Positions 60,996 to 64,000 of a stretch of DNA of 64,000 nucleotides are shown here, piece after piece. Below the pieces are notes generated by a model. That model saw nothing but the letters and a program-made list of their open reading frames with translations. It searched no databases and was not told the DNA's origin. This DNA comes from the human T2T-CHM13v2.0 reference genome, Homo sapiens: the NCBI RefSeq assembly GCF_009914755.1, contig NC_060947.1. The stretch is one strand, 5' to 3'. Position numbers and translations under genes: made by a program. Each line of letters opens with the position of its first letter. The first letter of the stretch is position 1.

Positions 60996-63000
60996 ACACA
61001 TATGGTGCAGTGTATACTGCTCAGGTGATGGGTGTACCAGGATCTCACAAATCTCCACTAAATAACTTACTCATGTAACAAAATACCACCTGTATCCCAA
61101 TAATTTATGGAAAAATAAAATAAAATAATCAATTGGAAAAGCTTACGGAAATGTTTAACCTTCTCTAGCCTAAGGCTGTTCCATTAGTATTGCTTAACTT
61201 ATGTTCTACCTCACTTAGAAAACATCAACTTTCTTCTTTTAAAATAATAACAGAAAGGTCCATCTGCCAAGATGAGGGAGCCTACAAATCAGTTCTCCTT
61301 AAAGGCAACATTCGTCATTATATTCCCAAGGCCTTATAAAACTTCACTAAAAAATCTAAACTAAAGATTCTTTTAACAATGAGCTCCTGGGAGACAAAGA
61401 CGTCAAAGATTATGGCCTCCAACCTGAATATTTTGTTTGTTGGAAATGTCATTGAATATAAGGTTTCCTCCAAACTCATTGGAAAGAACCATATCAGATA
61501 TTATTGACCAATCCCTGTTCTGCCAAACCAAAGGGCAGTATTTCTTAGAATATTTGATCATCCTCTATTTGTATAAAGCTCTGAAGAAAACTAACACTGT
61601 CATAGTTTCCTCAAACTTTTCTCTAGGTGTAACCAGTGATCTAGTTTAAACAGAAATTCTATTTTGAGGACATTTACAATTACATGGCCAGACATCAAGA
61701 AGATAGCTTAATGTATTTCATTGAGAGAATGCTTTTTCCATAGCAAGATGTCATAATCCATGAAAACATGATTGGAAATCTTTCTTAGGAAATATTGCCA
61801 ATAAAACCACTTCTATCCCATTTTAACAAAAAGCTACTGATTTTTGGCTAAGGTTATACTAAAAAACCCCATTGCTTTAGATTATATATCAGCTGAGCAA
61901 AAGGCTGTATATATGGTGGCAAACACCTTTTGTTGCATATATAAATAGTTCTCATGAAGCAGAAACTCATCTAGAAAAAAATGAGAATAGCAGCCCCTTG
62001 GTTACAACAAGCCTTTAAAGAAGAATCTGGATTTAATTTTCTTCATGATGTTTTAAGTTGGCTCCATATTGAAAATGAAGAAAGGTCTTTTTGTTGTTGT
62101 TCTGGCATACAAATTTTCTTTTTATAATACTTATGTGCATTGTATTTCTACTATTCAAATGATTAATGCGATGCATCTCTCATCATCTTACTTCTTTCAA
62201 ATAACTTAAAATCATATTTCAAAGACTAGAGATAATTCAATAAGCAACAGCAGCTATGTAAATCAATAATTTGACTGAGGTCTCACTTTTCACACTCTAT
62301 GATGCATTCCCAATTTGGCTTTTGGGTGCAACTAAAGTTCCTCACTGAAATGTCTCCTCTTTCTTCCCAATGTGGGATAGGACTATCCAGGATTGAGCCT
62401 TCCCAGCAACAAGGGACAACTCAGGGAGTGGGCTGTACCTTCATCTCATCTGGGGCTAAGGGTAAATGCAGCTATATTGTCTGGTAAAAAAAAAAAGGCT
62501 CACTAGTTCTGCACCCATGTAACTGTACCCTATGTAAATGAAAGTGGACTGATAGGAAGTTACTTGCTAGACTAGTATTGCTGTCTGTAATCTATCTAAA
62601 TCAGGATATTGGCAGATCTTAATGTCCCTTCCAATTGTGAAAAAGTTTGGGTATTAATGGGTAGTAGGAATAGTAGCTGAGAGTAAAGGAATGAATAAAT
62701 TGATTATGTAACGAGGCTCAGAGCAACAGAATAATATTACCTCTTAGCTCAATAATACCAGATGCCTGAAAGGGTGAAGTAATGTGTTCGCCAAGACCAC
62801 TCCTGTCTTCAAAACTTGACAAAATCAAATGGAAACCTGTAAACTTGAGTGGCCTCCCCTGGGAGACATTTTCATAAAATATGAAGATGGACTGGACTAA
62901 TTATCAATGAATAAATAAAATTCTAGTATCATGTTGGTATCTTTTGACTTACATGATTCCTTTGCTGTAAGAGATTTATGTTTGAGGACTGGGGGTAGAC

Positions 63001-63585
63001 TGTAATATTGTGAAACATATATTTAGTATTTATTCAAGTTTCCTGATATACAGTTCCTAAAACTCTTAGGATCTCAGGAGTGATGAGTTTCGTTTGTATG
63101 CTAATGAGAGGACCTATGACTAGTGGTCTTTAGATGGTCTCAGAATTGGGGCTGGCAGCCAGAAAGGCTGGGGTATAATTAGAGGTCTGGGACTTTTAGC
63201 CCCTCTCCAAGCTGGAGAGGTGATAGGGCCTGAGCATTGAGTTAATCAACAATGATGTAAGCAAACATGCCTATGTAATGAAGGCTCCATAAAAATCTAC
63301 AAGGACAGGGTTCAGATGAGCTTCTGGATTAGTAAACACTTGGAGGTTTCTAGAGAGTGGCACACCCCTTTTTCCATATATTGAAGAGGCCCTGTGCATG
63401 TCTTCCATCTGGTTATTCCTCTGTATCCTTTGTAATATCCTTCATCATAAATGAGCAAATAAAAGTAAAGTATTTCCTTGAGTTCTGTGAGCGACTCCAG
63501 CAAATTGAACCCAAGGTGGGGATTCATGGAAACCCCAATTTGCAGACAATTGGTCTGAAGTATAGGACAGGCTTCTACTTCTGAA
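63001..63585 (+). mobile_element. MER21-family LTR, 3'-truncated
   Basis: TGTAATATTGTGAAACATATATTT start; tgtatgctaatgag, catgcctatgtaatgaa and ttccttgagttctgtgagc. Confidence 0.8.
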
Positions 63586-63589
63586 TTCT

Positions 63590-64000
63590 ATTGAGTTTTC
63601 TTTTGTTATTAGTCAGTCTTGCTAAAATTTTAAAATTTTGTTAATTTTTTTCAAAGGACCAACTTTGTGGTTGTTAATTTTCCTCTATTGCTTTCTTCCT
63701 GATTCTATACTTAATTAATTCCAGTTCTATTCTTTGCTCTTCCTTTCCTTTTACCTGTGTTGGTGAAAATTCACTTTTATTTTTAGTTTCTTAAAGTGAA
63801 AGATTAGATTATTGATGCAAGCCAATTTCTTCTTCTTCAATAGAGACATTATCAGTAAAAAATTCTAATTATTTATTTAGCTGCAACCCATAAGTGTTGG
63901 TGTGTTCTTTTTTCATTCATCTAAAAGTATTATTAAATTTCCCTTGTGATTTCTCTTTCAAGTTAATTGGAACTTTGTTGTTTAATTTTCACGTACTTAC
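63590..64000 (-). mobile_element. Old L1 ORF2 fragment running out of the window
   Basis: tcagtcttgctaaa...ttcaaaggaccaacttt...ttagctgcaacccataag is antisense ORF2-like. Confidence 0.7.

Larger units (their letters stand above)
59053..61126 (+). mobile_element. 5'-truncated, 5'-inverted L1PB (inverted 59053-59451, sense 59449-61126)
   Basis: Antisense RT piece ([17 protein letters not shown]), then sense [14 protein letters not shown] through an L1PB 3' UTR. TSD AATYAATTGG at 59043-59052 and 61127-61136. Confidence 0.93.
58299..63000 (+). mobile_element. ERV1-class internal region with integrase remnant, split by L1PB, ending in a PPT
   Basis: THFTCQII...[11 protein letters not shown] (about 58915-59015) continues after the L1 as QLEKLTE...PKAVPLVLLNL (61130 onward). 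GGACTGGGGGTAGAC precedes the TG at 63001. Confidence 0.7.

Noticed and set aside
62300-62950. env remnant before the MER21 LTR
   Set aside because: The position fits, but I could not read a furin site, immunosuppressive domain or CX6CC motif, so it is not called.

Overview
Human (primate) AT-rich, CpG-poor, repeat-dominated DNA. A human-lineage AluYb7/Yb8 lies at 42378. I can support no host protein-coding gene, RNA gene or CRISPR array; the ORF track is broken L1 ORF1/ORF2, ERV pol/env remnants, Alu translations or chance ORFs. Main architecture: a MER61-type provirus (1-11303) split by a full-length L1PB; several solo LTRs; three clear 5'-inverted (twin-primed) L1s; a full-length L1MA nested in an older L1; and an ERVL/ERV1 mosaic block (50.8-63.6 kb). 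The most unusual signals are two local inverted duplications that independent transposition does not explain: 41220-41495/43194-43469 (about 94% identical) and 53130-53798/55747-56416 (about 90%). In each, an apparent deletion junction is patched with an inverted copy of DNA about 2 kb downstream. Two convergent MER61 LTRs also carry p53 elements. Repeat subfamily names come from recalled consensus sequences and need RepeatMasker/Dfam confirmation. Identities are manual counts. I do not see a new gene system.
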